NCBI GenBank assembly: GCA_001661245.1 | Contig: KV454011.1 | Coordinates: 1,022,426-1,072,412, forward strand | DNA from: Pachysolen tannophilus NRRL Y-2460 | Taxonomy: Eukaryota | Reading direction: 5' to 3' | DNA: 49,987 nucleotides | Shown here: piece after piece, positions 10,794 through 21,178 of the stretch | How the letters are laid out: each line of letters starts with the position of its first letter | Position numbering within the stretch: position 1 is the stretch's first letter | The notes under the pieces: generated by a model | What the model saw: only the letters and a program-made list of their open reading frames with translations | Told to the model about the DNA's origin: nothing | The model's database searches: none | Translations under genes and position numbers: made by a program

Positions 10794-11840
10794 TTATAGT
10801 TTATAATAATCAATTTTATCATTGGGGAATCCTACTTTACTTAAGTAAGTTTCAAAACCTATTTTTAAAATTTTTTGTTTAACTTCTTCGTTTCTAGCAC
10901 TGAATAAACCTAAAAATTGTAAACTATTTGCCCAACAATCATTGAAATTAGTTGCTATTCTTGGTATTATAACCATATATTCTTCAGTCATAATATAGTT
11001 ATAAGAAATATTTGGATTTAATTCCAACTGTTTTGTTAATAATTCATCTTCATCTTTAGCAATTTTTTTAGCTTTAAAAAAATTTAAAGTAGAAATTAAT
11101 AATTTATTATAAATTTCTAATAATATTTTGCTTGTTATTTTAATTTTTAATTTAGGTAATGGTAATATAAAATGTTTAAATGCAACATCATGGAAAGTTA
11201 AAGGAACCATATCGGTATTATAATCACTACTAGCATCAATGAAATCATCAAAAAATGTCCTAAATTGAACTAATTTCTCATCATTATCATCATCTTTATA
11301 ATAAGGTAAACTTAAAAATTGAATATGTTTATGTATTTGAGAATATCCACTTTGTAAACCACTATTGAAAAAACTGAAAAATCGATCATTTGAACTCTTA
11401 TTTAAATTGTTTAAAATTGTAAACATTGTGAAAAGTTCATCTATAGATAACAACGTATCTTGCTTAATAAAATCTCTTGTTACCATTAAAAAATGGTCTC
11501 TAATATTTGGATACTTATTTAATAAGATCTTATGAGTAGATAATAAATTTTCAACAACCGTTAATAACGGATCATTTTTAGAAAAAGGATTCTTCAGCTT
11601 ATTAGCCTCTTCATCATCAGACTTTCTATTCACAGGCCTAACCGCTAATGCATTAATAATTTTAAAATAATAAACAAGTCTTTGTTTCTTATAAATTTCA
11701 ATATCCGAATCTTTATCTTCAACAAACACTAAATCATTTGATTTGATGGCATTGACAAAAACTTTCTCCACAAGATCTAGTAACGGGAATTGTTGCAATT
11801 CTTCAATAGTAAGTATAGATACTGCACTATGGTCTTCCAT
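10794..11840 (-). CDS. Ap4A phosphorylase, Apa1/Apa2 family, tandem paralog copy B (about 348 aa)
   Basis: KILLNKYPNIRDHFLMVT, FFNSGLQSGYSQIHKHIQF, SYNYIMTEEYMVIIPR. Likely start is MEDHSAV at 11840. Confidence 0.9.
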   Translation of the reverse strand: MEDHSAVSILTIEELQQFPLLDLVEKVFVNAIKSNDLVFVEDKDSDIEIYKKQRLVYYFKIINALAVRPVNRKSDDEEANKLKNPFSKNDPLLTVVENLLSTHKILLNKYPNIRDHFLMVTRDFIKQDTLLSIDELFTMFTILNNLNKSSNDRFFSFFNSGLQSGYSQIHKHIQFLSLPYYKDDDNDEKLVQFRTFFDDFIDASSDYNTDMVPLTFHDVAFKHFILPLPKLKIKITSKILLEIYNKLLISTLNFFKAKKIAKDEDELLTKQLELNPNISYNYIMTEEYMVIIPRIATNFNDCWANSLQFLGLFSARNEEVKQKILKIGFETYLSKVGFPNDKIDYYKL

Positions 11841-12575
11841 AGTCTCCACAAAAAACCTTTCTTCCTTCCTATATATAATAGTATAATAATATAAATAAAT
11901 AAATAAATAAGTATACATATATATATATAGAGAAAGAGAGAGAAAGAAGAAAAAAAGAGAAGGGTGCATGGGTTGTGGGGACAATGCGCACACATCTGCG
12001 TACACCGTGAATATACAAAGTGATGTACGCAATGTGCATTATAAGCGATGCATAGTTATACTTAAAGCGCACACAAGTAGTGGTACGCACTTCTAGTACG
12101 CACTTGTTTAAAATTTTTTTGTTTTTTTTTAAACCGAATATTTTGTTTTTTTTTACTTTACATTTTTAAAAAGCGTCGTTTATAACGAAGAAAAACAAAA
12201 GATTCAGCGGAATAACAATTAATATTTAAGAGATTAATAGTAATAGTTAAAAAAACCCTTTTTTATGGGCAAAATCAATAAGCGTTCTTTCGAAGACTAA
12301 AATATATTTTTATTTTAATTATTGTTTAGTCATATATATATATATATATATATATTTTTATTTATTTATTTAATTGTTGAAAGATAATAATAATATATTG
12401 AAAGAGGGCATAGGGCTTACTAAGCTTGATTTTTATTCGTTCTTTTTTTTTTTTTTTCTTTCTTTTGTTTTTGCTTTTGGTCTGTCTCCCTACAAGACCA
12501 ACAAAGAAAAGAACTTAAAAGAAAAGAACTGAAAAAAGGTGGTATCTGTACATAATAATAATAAAAACATAACAA

Positions 12576-13883
12576 ATGTCAGCATTGCCTTTAGTGGATA
12601 GAAACGATAATGCCATATCGCCTTCTTCGAGGTCATCTTCAGGAGGATCTCAAGAAAGTATTTATTCAAATTTCCATTGTCCGAATTCGATATCTTTAAA
12701 TGTTACAAATGCTCATATAGTGAGTAATTATGATGGGATAGCTCAAGAATCGATTCCAGAAACAAAAGATATAGCATTACCTAATAATTTGACAAGTATT
12801 AATCATGTTGCTATTGATATTGGTGGATCATTGGCTAAATTAATTTATTTTGCTAAAAATGATAATAAGATTGGAGGGAAAATGAATTTTGTTAGAGTAG
12901 AAACTGATAAAATTGATGATTTTATAAAATTAATTAAATTAGTTTTTAAAAATCTTTATAATTATAATCCTGATCAAAGAGATAAAGATGAAATTAATAA
13001 AGATATTTGTATAATGGCCACTGGAGGTGGACTGTTTAAATTTTATGATAAATTATTTAAAGAATTAAAATGTAATATAGTTAAAGAAGATGAAATGCAA
13101 TGTCTTATTATAGGATTGGATTTTTTCATAACTGAGATACCAAATGAAATTTTTACTTTAAATAATGAAGATCCTTCTGTATATATTAATGAAGATGTTG
13201 CATTTACTAAAGAAGATTCAATATATCCTTATCTCTTGGTTAATATTGGTAGTGGAGTTTCTATGATTAAAGTAACAGGTCCAAATAATTTTGTTAGAGT
13301 TGGTGGTTCATCATTAGGTGGAGGAACATTATGGGGGTTATTATCTGTATTAACAACAGCTCGTGATTTTGATGAAATGTTGGAAATGGCATTAAAAGGA
13401 GATAATGAAAATGTCGATTTATTGGTTGGTGATATTTATGGTAAAGGTTATAATAAAATTGGATTGAAATCTAATCATATTGCTTCCTCTTTTGGTAAAC
13501 TGTTTAAAAAAATTCAAGATGAAAATATAGATGAAAATGAAGATGAGAATGGTAATGATATAGATGATAAAGATGCAGAAAGGTTAAGAAGAATTAAAAA
13601 ATTTAAAGAATCCGATATTTCTAGATCATTATTATATGCAATTTCTAATAATATTGGTCAAATTTCATATTTACAAGCTCAACGTTATAATTTGAAAAAA
13701 ATTTATTTTGCTGGTAGTTATATAAGAGGACATCCACAAACAATACATACATTGAGTTATGCTATTAATTTCTGGTCTAATGGTAAACAAAAAGCATATT
13801 TTTTGAAACATGAAAGCTATTTAGGAAGTATGGGAGCATTTTTGAAAAAACCTAAAAATGATGTATTTGAAGAACCTACTTGA
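12576..13883 (+). CDS. CAB1: Eukaryotic type II pantothenate kinase
   Basis: AIDIGGSLAK, ATGGG[CTG]FKF, EDEMQCLIIGL, YPYLLVNIGSGVS, RVGGSSLGGGT; adjacent to APA as CAB1 and APA2 are in S. cerevisiae. Confidence 0.97.
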   Translation: MSALPLVDRNDNAISPSSRSSSGGSQESIYSNFHCPNSISLNVTNAHIVSNYDGIAQESIPETKDIALPNNLTSINHVAIDIGGSLAKLIYFAKNDNKIGGKMNFVRVETDKIDDFIKLIKLVFKNLYNYNPDQRDKDEINKDICIMATGGGLFKFYDKLFKELKCNIVKEDEMQCLIIGLDFFITEIPNEIFTLNNEDPSVYINEDVAFTKEDSIYPYLLVNIGSGVSMIKVTGPNNFVRVGGSSLGGGTLWGLLSVLTTARDFDEMLEMALKGDNENVDLLVGDIYGKGYNKIGLKSNHIASSFGKLFKKIQDENIDENEDENGNDIDDKDAERLRRIKKFKESDISRSLLYAISNNIGQISYLQAQRYNLKKIYFAGSYIRGHPQTIHTLSYAINFWSNGKQKAYFLKHESYLGSMGAFLKKPKNDVFEEPT

Positions 13884-13904
13884 ATCAAAAAAAAAAATAA
13901 AATA

Positions 13905-13906
<2 letters not shown>

Positions 13907-13952
<46 letters not shown>

Positions 13953-14240
13953 NNNNNNNNNNNNNNNNNNNNNNNNNNNNNNNNNNNNNNNNNNNNNNNN
14001 NNNNNNNNNNNNNNNNNNNNNNNNNNNNNNNNNNNNNNNNNNNNNNNNNNNNNNNNNNNNNNNNNNNNNNNNNNNNNNNNNNNNNNNNNNNNNNNNNNNN
14101 NNNNNNNNNNNNNNNNNNNNNNNNNNNNNNNNNNNNNNNNNNNNNNNNNNNNNNNNNNNNNNNNNNNNNNNNNNNNNNNNNNNNNNNNNNNNNNNNNNNN
14201 NNNNNNNNNNNNNNNNNNNNNNNNNNNNNNNTAAAAAATA

Positions 14241-14286
<46 letters not shown>
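13907..14286. repeat. (TA)n microsatellites flanking an assembly gap (N 13953-14231)
   Basis: Long TA runs on both sides of 279 Ns. Confidence 0.95.
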
Positions 14287-14289
<3 letters not shown>

Positions 14290-14365
14290 GCTTAATTTTT
14301 AATTTGGAAAAAAAAAATACTTTTCTCGTAGCTCGTAGATTATTAACTGAACTTCTTGGTCAATT

Positions 14366-15088
14366 TCATACTTGATATTTTGTAAACAATTTTTCAATCT
14401 TTAATTCATCCTCTTCTTCTAAAAAGATACTACCATTACCAATCATTCTATATATATTATACAAATTCACTAACCAACTAAGTTGATCAATCTCTAACAA
14501 TTCCATAATTTCAATAATACATAAACCAGAATTGATCAAAACATAGTTTTTAGCCTTTATGATCAAATTAACTATTTCTTCATTTACTCTATCAAGCACG
14601 TTTAATTTCCGTTCCAATTTAAATAATCTCCAATATCTCCATATCGAAGACTTAATTGTTAAAATTAACCAAATTTTAGAAAGTTTTAAAACTAATCCAT
14701 TCAAATAGTTTAATTTTTTATTAGAAATTTTTTTAACATTAATAAACCTTATTAAAAATAAAAAATTTTCAAGTATCGATATCACCACTTCTAAAACTTC
14801 AATCAGCGTCGACTCTAAACGACTATAGTTCAGCACAAACCTACCAAAATTAGAACCAGGAGCAGCAACTGTAGGCCTTATCACTCTCTTCTCCCTATTA
14901 TTATTTCCAGATATTAAATTGATATAAAAAACCGAATGAATCACTTTCTTCAAAGTCTTGGGCTGTAATTGTCTTCTCCTCCCATTCTTCGAACTTAACA
15001 AGTACTTCACTATATATAGAAACTTTACATTCAATCTATCATCTTCAGATTTCAAATTACCATTCTCACTCATAGCTCCACCACTCAT
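14366..15088 (-). CDS. Probable Pex11-superfamily peroxisomal membrane protein (Pex34/Pex36-like)
   Basis: The pattern E..LEVVISILENF...KLSKIWLILTIKSSIWRYWRLFKLE resembles Pex34 from memory. It lies in the block with PRD1, MIC10 and KRR1, which are neighbours of PEX34 in S. cerevisiae. Confidence 0.6.
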   Translation of the reverse strand: MSGGAMSENGNLKSEDDRLNVKFLYIVKYLLSSKNGRRRQLQPKTLKKVIHSVFYINLISGNNNREKRVIRPTVAAPGSNFGRFVLNYSRLESTLIEVLEVVISILENFLFLIRFINVKKISNKKLNYLNGLVLKLSKIWLILTIKSSIWRYWRLFKLERKLNVLDRVNEEIVNLIIKAKNYVLINSGLCIIEIMELLEIDQLSWLVNLYNIYRMIGNGSIFLEEEDELKIEKLFTKYQV

Positions 15089-15414
15089 CTAAATTATTAT
15101 CACCAGCATCCTTATTCATTTAATCAAATCTTCAACTAATCAATCAATTACCTTCTTTTTTTGGCCCTTATCGCAACAAAAACTAAAAATGGGTAAAAAC
15201 CCATGTCGTGTATTACCAAACCAAATTTCCCAAAACGGAGTTTACTAGGATTACAAAGTTGTGTTTACGTTTTTGACCTTTTCACTTTTCAACTTTTCTG
15301 TTTATCTCTTTAATTAATAAAAGGGAATAGAAGATTACAAGAGGTTTATCTTGTGGAAGGTTGAGAGACTTTGAGAGCAGGTAGTTTTTTTTGCTTTTTT
15401 TGCTTTATTGGATT

Positions 15415-16602
15415 ATGGTGGTATTTGATTTGAAAGATTATGGTGGGTTTATGAACTCGAAAGCTGTTTTTGAGTCATTGGTGAATGATTTGATTAATGA
15501 AGATCTTGAGAATAAGAGTTATAATCCAAGACTTGTTGATGAGTTGATTAAATCTAAGAAAGAGCTTTATTCGAAATTGAAGTTTCAGTATTTGGAGCAG
15601 GAGACCAAGGAGAAGTTTTTGAGGTTGTTAATAGATAATAAGCCGCTGTATGTGGAAGAGAATGATTTAAAAATGATTCAGGATGAAAATTTTAAGTTGA
15701 AGCAAGATTTGAAAGCGAAAAAATTAGTTAATGAGAATTTATTGGGAGAGCTCATTTTAACAGGAAATGATTTAACTAGTAAAATGGGTCAACTGGAAGA
15801 ATTACAAAAAGGGAATGATGTATTGTTGGAAGAATTAAAGGAAATGGATCTGAATATTGAGAAGATGTTGGATGATTCAGTGGTTATGAGACAAGAAAAG
15901 ATATTTAATTTAAATTCAAATGATATATTGTTTGAAAAAATAAAAGAATTTGATGATTATTTGGAAAATCGGGAACAATTTAAAAATGATGATTCAAGAT
16001 TAGTTTCAAATTCTATAAAGATATTAAGTAATATTTTGAACAATAGAAAAAAATTACTGAAAGAATTAGAATCTGAAATAAATTTGAAAAATAATACTAT
16101 TTTAACATCTAAAGACAAAATTGATAATTTATCTACAAATTTGAATAATTTAAATGCCAAAAAAATTAAAATGTCCGAAAATTTAAATAAAACTATTGAA
16201 TTAAGAAATAATTTTATAAATAATAGTAATTTGGATTCTAGTATTGAAAATATTAATAATTATAATGAATTTCTCAAATATGAAAAACTTGGTAATAATT
16301 TTGCCGAATTAATTTCAACTTGGTTGAAACTTAATCCAAATGTGGCAAATATTGATCTCAAAGAACAAAATGATCATGATGTATTATTATTAACATTCTC
16401 ATTAGGCACTGCAAAAGATGTTGAATTGTTATTATCAAACAACGGTTTTACCGGAAACAAATTTAGAAATTTTAAAATCTTGGCTCTGAAGAGTAATTTG
16501 CAATTAAACGAATTAAAACTTAAGAATATTATTCAGCTTTCAAATGAAAATAGAGATTGTGTAGGATATTTTGTTAGCAAATTAGACGAATTGCTAGAGT
16601 AG
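15415..16602 (+). CDS. KRE28: Kinetochore Spc105-complex subunit, Kre28/Sos7-like (about 395 aa)
   Basis: Signature KELYSKLKFQYLEQETKEKFLRLL followed by long coiled coils; KRE28 flanks CAB1 in S. cerevisiae. First ATG is at 15415 (the ORF track used TTG). Confidence 0.75.
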   Translation: MVVFDLKDYGGFMNSKAVFESLVNDLINEDLENKSYNPRLVDELIKSKKELYSKLKFQYLEQETKEKFLRLLIDNKPLYVEENDLKMIQDENFKLKQDLKAKKLVNENLLGELILTGNDLTSKMGQLEELQKGNDVLLEELKEMDLNIEKMLDDSVVMRQEKIFNLNSNDILFEKIKEFDDYLENREQFKNDDSRLVSNSIKILSNILNNRKKLLKELESEINLKNNTILTSKDKIDNLSTNLNNLNAKKIKMSENLNKTIELRNNFINNSNLDSSIENINNYNEFLKYEKLGNNFAELISTWLKLNPNVANIDLKEQNDHDVLLLTFSLGTAKDVELLLSNNGFTGNKFRNFKILALKSNLQLNELKLKNIIQLSNENRDCVGYFVSKLDELLE

Positions 16603-16979
16603 ATTGATTAGATTATTTAAACTAGTGAATCGTGTGTATTATAATTATAACAACTTTTTTTTTTTTTGCTTTCTCTCTCATCTTTTTCTAAATATATAAT
16701 ATGGTTTGTGATAATGGTTCAAATAGTGTGGTGTTGAGTTTTTTGCACATGCTACCATTTATTATGAGGATTTGCACATAAAAATCTTTACTTGGTTATC
16801 TATTTAAAGAGATAAAAATGATAAATAATAATCGCCGATAATATTAAATCTTTAAGTCCGTAAAATGCATCCTAAATCTATATATAAATATAGATATATA
16901 GATATATATATTAAGGACAAGATTACGCCGTCAATTGTAATTTTTATCTCTAGTCAATTGTTTGATAATATAAAGTAAA

Positions 16980-17702
16980 ATGTCTACAAAAATTGCAGTT
17001 TTTGGTGCTACTGGTGGAGTTTGCCTTGCAGCTGTTAAATTACTTTTAGCAGAAAAGAAATATAAAGTATCTGTATTAGTTAGGTCTAAAGAGAAATTTG
17101 AAAATTTATACTTTGGTGATGCAATTGCTGATGATAAGAGGGAATTCGACAAAAATTTAGAAATATTTGTTGGTGATGTGTATGATGAGGATGATACTAA
17201 TCTCAAGAATGTAATTAGAGGTTCTAAAATGATACTTTCCGGTCTTGGAGCTTTGCCAAAAATTTCTTTCTCATTATTCCCATCTCGATGGTTTCAGTTT
17301 AGTCAGCCTCACATATGTGAAGAAACTGGTAAGATAATTTTAAAAGCTGTTGAAAGTTTACCTGTTGAAGAAAGACCTTCTCGAATTATTGGAATTAGTA
17401 CATCAGGTCTTGATCATGATGTTCCTTTTCTTTTAGATTCCTTCTATAAGCTGTTTTTACATGTTCCTCATCAAGATAAGGCAGAATTAGAAGAGTTATT
17501 AACAAATCAAACTCTAATCCCAGAAGTCATTTTAGTCAGGGGTACATTATACACTACTGGACCGACTACACGTAAGTATCATGCAACTGAAGGTAAGAAG
17601 CTAGGATACACAATTTCAAGAAATGATGTAGGTCATTTTATATTCACTCAATGCATTGAGGGAGATGAATGGGTTGGTAAGAAACCGCTTGTTACTTATT
17701 GA
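16980..17702 (+). CDS. NAD(P)-binding atypical SDR, flavin reductase/BLVRB-like oxidoreductase
   Basis: N-terminal IAVFGATGGVC Rossmann motif, HVPHQDK and C-terminal GYTISRNDVGHFI. Confidence 0.85.
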   Translation: MSTKIAVFGATGGVCLAAVKLLLAEKKYKVSVLVRSKEKFENLYFGDAIADDKREFDKNLEIFVGDVYDEDDTNLKNVIRGSKMILSGLGALPKISFSLFPSRWFQFSQPHICEETGKIILKAVESLPVEERPSRIIGISTSGLDHDVPFLLDSFYKLFLHVPHQDKAELEELLTNQTLIPEVILVRGTLYTTGPTTRKYHATEGKKLGYTISRNDVGHFIFTQCIEGDEWVGKKPLVTY

Positions 17703-17930
17703 ACAGAATGGCTATAACGCTACAATTAATCAGTTTTTTCTTTTATTCTTATTTTCTTTTTTTTTTGCTTTTTACTTTAATTTTATATTTCACTATTTGT
17801 TAAGTTTGAAATATCGTTTCTTTGAGGTTATCACCATAGAAAATTAATAAATAAATGTTAAAAAAAAATATATATATATATATAAAAGAAAAAACCTAGT
17901 TACGCCATGTTGTTTTACTGAAAACAATAA

Positions 17931-18206
17931 CTAATAATTATTGTAAAACTTGTCCAAATACATTGGGAATTTGGTGATTAAAAAGCATGTACCGAAAGCT
18001 ACAACCACATATCCAGTGATTTGTTTACCAATTTTTGGTACCTGCGTTTTCAATTGAACACCTAAAGAACCAACATTAGTATCACTCTTTGTAGGACGGA
18101 CAAATGTCTCATTTACATGCAATCTTCTGACGGAAGCTTTATTTTGAAAAAGATTCATTCCAGTCCTCTTTGTGATGTTGATACCTGACCTGCTCAAAAC
18201 TGACAT
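17931..18206 (-). CDS. Small (91 aa) predicted single-pass mitochondrial membrane protein
   Basis: ATG in AAACATG context; Arg/Ser-rich, acid-free N-terminus; one C-terminal hydrophobic segment (ITGYVVVAFGTCFLI); GC higher than the flanks. Confidence 0.6.
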   Translation of the reverse strand: MSVLSRSGINITKRTGMNLFQNKASVRRLHVNETFVRPTKSDTNVGSLGVQLKTQVPKIGKQITGYVVVAFGTCFLITKFPMYLDKFYNNY

Positions 18207-18546
18207 GTTTTTCGTTATTTATTGAAGTAATTATGCAGATTGTATTTCAAAACTTGAAATTTATATAGTATAATTATTTAATTAATATCAATTAACTACT
18301 ACATATCTAAGAAAGAAATTAAAACAAATATAAGCAGTGGATATATATATATATATCTATATATTTATTAAGATTAATTTAAAGTATGTTTGCAACCAGG
18401 TTATGATATAATATTACTTTAAATTATACATATGTCGGGGAAAGAGCAACTAAAAGTTTAGAGGTTTTTTATACTACCTCAAAATATAAACTCAATAGAA
18501 AATTTGAAAATTGTATTATGAAGGTTCCAGAAAATGTATGATTATG

Positions 18547-20754
18547 CTAGTTAACACCTAACTCCTCTAAGAAAGCATCAGACTTAGGTTTTCTACCTAA
18601 TAACTCGACTAAATTATCCATTTCATCCCTGGTAGCACCTCTTGCCAATATAATATCTCTATATTGAAGACCGTTGACATTGCTCATTGGATCTTTCTTG
18701 AATTTTGAATAAAAGATATCGGCAGCAAATACCTGAGACCAAAGATAACCATAATATCCAGATTCATAACCTCCCAATAGATGTCCAAAAGAGGCATAAC
18801 CTTTAGTGACTTCACCAAGATTGTCAACTAATGCAATTTCTTCTCTTGAATCATTCCATAAGCTACAAATATCCAATTCTCCAGTTTTTGAAACATGTAA
18901 GGCCATATCAAATAAGGCGAAATGTAATTGTCTTAAATTGAATAAAGCACCATTGACATGTTTTGTACGAATTAAAGAATTTATGAGATCTTCAGGTAAT
19001 TTTTTTTCAGGATTTAAATAATGTGCTGATAATTCTGTTAATCCTTCTTTTGACCATGTCCAATATTCTAACATTTGTGATGGACATTCAACAAAATCTA
19101 ATGAACCAGCTGTACCATGGAATCTAGCATATTTGGCCCTTCCTAATAAATCATGAATACCATGACCTAATTCATGAAAAAATGTTGTAACTTCATCATG
19201 TTTTAATAATGATGGTTTCTCCTTTGTAGGCTTACTAAAATTACAAACTAAAGCTGTTACTGGATAAGCTTTTGAACCATCAGGTTTTGTATAACTTGGT
19301 GAAAGACCAAAGTTTGCAGCATGGCCATATTTACCTTCCCTTGGGAATAAGTCAAAATATAACCAACCAACAAATTCAGGTGATGATGGATCATCTAATT
19401 TCCAAACAGAAAATTGCTTAACATCTTCATGCCAAGTAGATTTAAATTTGGAATCGTTTTCAATTTCTTGAAATTTTAAATTAAATAATTTTTCAAAAAT
19501 TTGCAACATTTTAGAAACTGTTGATTCCATTGGGAAATATTCACTAATTTTCTCAGCATCAATTTGATATTCTTTTTCTAATAACATGTTATCATAAAAA
19601 CGTTGATCCCAACCAGGAAAAGTATTATCTTGAGGTAAATTTCTTATTTTCAAATCTTCTTTTTTCAAAGTAAGTATTCTTTCCTTTTCTTTTAATCCTA
19701 AAGGTTTCAATTTTGTTTTCAAATCATTTAAAAAATTTAATACAGTGGTGGAATTTTTAGCCATTCTCATTTCCAAGACATATTCCGAATAATTTTCATA
19801 ACCCAATAATTTGGCTAAATCTGCTCTAATTTTAATTGCTTCAGTCAATATATCAGCATTTTCAGGAACTTTGTTTTGACTTCCCAAGAAAGTAAGCTTT
19901 CTTGTATTTGCATTTTTACAATATTTTAATACTGGGAAAAAATCTGGATATTTATAAGTCATTTTCAATTTTTTAATTCCATTTTCATTTTGGACCACTG
20001 TAAATTGGTTTAAAACACTTTCTGGTACACCTTCTAACTCTTCTTTAGTAAATAAAAGAAATTCTGTTTCTTCACCTAAATTTTTACTAAATTTTAATTT
20101 TAAATTGGCAAGTTTTTTTTGAAGTTGTTTAATTTTATCTCTTTTATCAAGAGATAAAGCTAATCCATTTCTTTCATACTCTTTATTAACTTTTTCCAAA
20201 AATCTTTTAGTTTCAGAGTCAAGTTTATCAGAATTTTCATATTGTTTAAATAAATGATTGAAAACTTTATAAACTTCTTCTTTCAAACCAGAATCAATTG
20301 CAGTTTCATCAAATTTTTCTTGAGCTTGGTTTGAAGCATCTCTGATTTCTTTTGAAGAAGAAACATGTTGGAAAAAACTTAAATGTTCAATTGGAGTCAT
20401 ATGTACATTCTCTGCATCGGAATACGGTTTTAAAACCGATTCGATGGAGATTTTATCAATTGGAATAGCGCCAATTTTATCATCCATCTCATTACATTCT
20501 TTAATAACTTTTTCAGTTTCAGATAAAATTTCCTCCAGAGTATAATCCCATCTTAATGGTAATTGTGGTGGAATTAAACTTGGCATTATCGAACTAGACC
20601 CTGTGGTAGCTGTATGACTGAATGCTTTACGTAATGGTGTAAAAATTTGTTGATGAGAATTTGCTTGTAAAATATAACCAACTGATATAATAACTAATGA
20701 AGTTGTGACAACTGGGGTCCGATGTTTAACAATAGAACTAACAAGCCTCTTCAT
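18547..20754 (-). CDS. PRD1: M3A thimet-type oligopeptidase (saccharolysin)
   Basis: FFHELGHGIH (HExxH), DFVECPSQMLE, YFDLFPREGKYGHAA, GYESGYYGYLWSQVFAAD; syntenic with MIC10 and KRR1. Confidence 0.96.
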   Translation of the reverse strand: MKRLVSSIVKHRTPVVTTSLVIISVGYILQANSHQQIFTPLRKAFSHTATTGSSSIMPSLIPPQLPLRWDYTLEEILSETEKVIKECNEMDDKIGAIPIDKISIESVLKPYSDAENVHMTPIEHLSFFQHVSSSKEIRDASNQAQEKFDETAIDSGLKEEVYKVFNHLFKQYENSDKLDSETKRFLEKVNKEYERNGLALSLDKRDKIKQLQKKLANLKLKFSKNLGEETEFLLFTKEELEGVPESVLNQFTVVQNENGIKKLKMTYKYPDFFPVLKYCKNANTRKLTFLGSQNKVPENADILTEAIKIRADLAKLLGYENYSEYVLEMRMAKNSTTVLNFLNDLKTKLKPLGLKEKERILTLKKEDLKIRNLPQDNTFPGWDQRFYDNMLLEKEYQIDAEKISEYFPMESTVSKMLQIFEKLFNLKFQEIENDSKFKSTWHEDVKQFSVWKLDDPSSPEFVGWLYFDLFPREGKYGHAANFGLSPSYTKPDGSKAYPVTALVCNFSKPTKEKPSLLKHDEVTTFFHELGHGIHDLLGRAKYARFHGTAGSLDFVECPSQMLEYWTWSKEGLTELSAHYLNPEKKLPEDLINSLIRTKHVNGALFNLRQLHFALFDMALHVSKTGELDICSLWNDSREEIALVDNLGEVTKGYASFGHLLGGYESGYYGYLWSQVFAADIFYSKFKKDPMSNVNGLQYRDIILARGATRDEMDNLVELLGRKPKSDAFLEELGVN

Positions 20755-21178
20755 AAAGAATAAAAAATGACTTGTTTCCTTTCTTATTCTACCTCTCTCT
20801 CTCTCTCTCTCTCTCTCTTCACCTTCCTACAAGGGAATGGAAACAAGCAAGTAAAATTATCTGGACCCTTTATTGATCAAAAAAAGATGTATACAAAAAT
20901 GATGGTCTGTCCTTTTTGAATTGAGCAGCCATAATAAAAACAGTTACTCAATTTCCACACTACTTTATAATTTATATCTAATCTATTCATGTTCAAAAAT
21001 CTAAACTTAGAGTCATAAATATAATAAAAAAACTATCTAAAAATACATATAGTATGATATATCTGAGAGTATAAGATACTTGAGCCGTTGAAATGAAAAC
21101 ATTTTACCTTCTAATAATGCAAATATGACAAAAATAAAAATAAAAAAAAAAAAATTTAAAATTGTTGATAGCGATAAT

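Noticed and set aside
11841..12032. Hydrophobic N-terminal extensions given for APA copy B, and similarly for APA copy A, SPA2, VAC17-like, ADF1 and RPL37
   Set aside because: They arise from microsatellite, promoter or intron sequence, mostly with non-ATG starts; downstream ATGs or splicing match family starts better. The APA copy A extension does begin at an ATG (10660), so it is not fully excluded.
1019..13034. CUG=Ser (Candida-type) code
   Set aside because: The most conserved informative sites (PHLAGT, TGGGA) call for Ala rather than Ser, although only a few sites were examined.
13858..14241. ORFs spanning N runs (also 24923-25580)
   Set aside because: Artifacts of translating assembly gaps and TA repeats.
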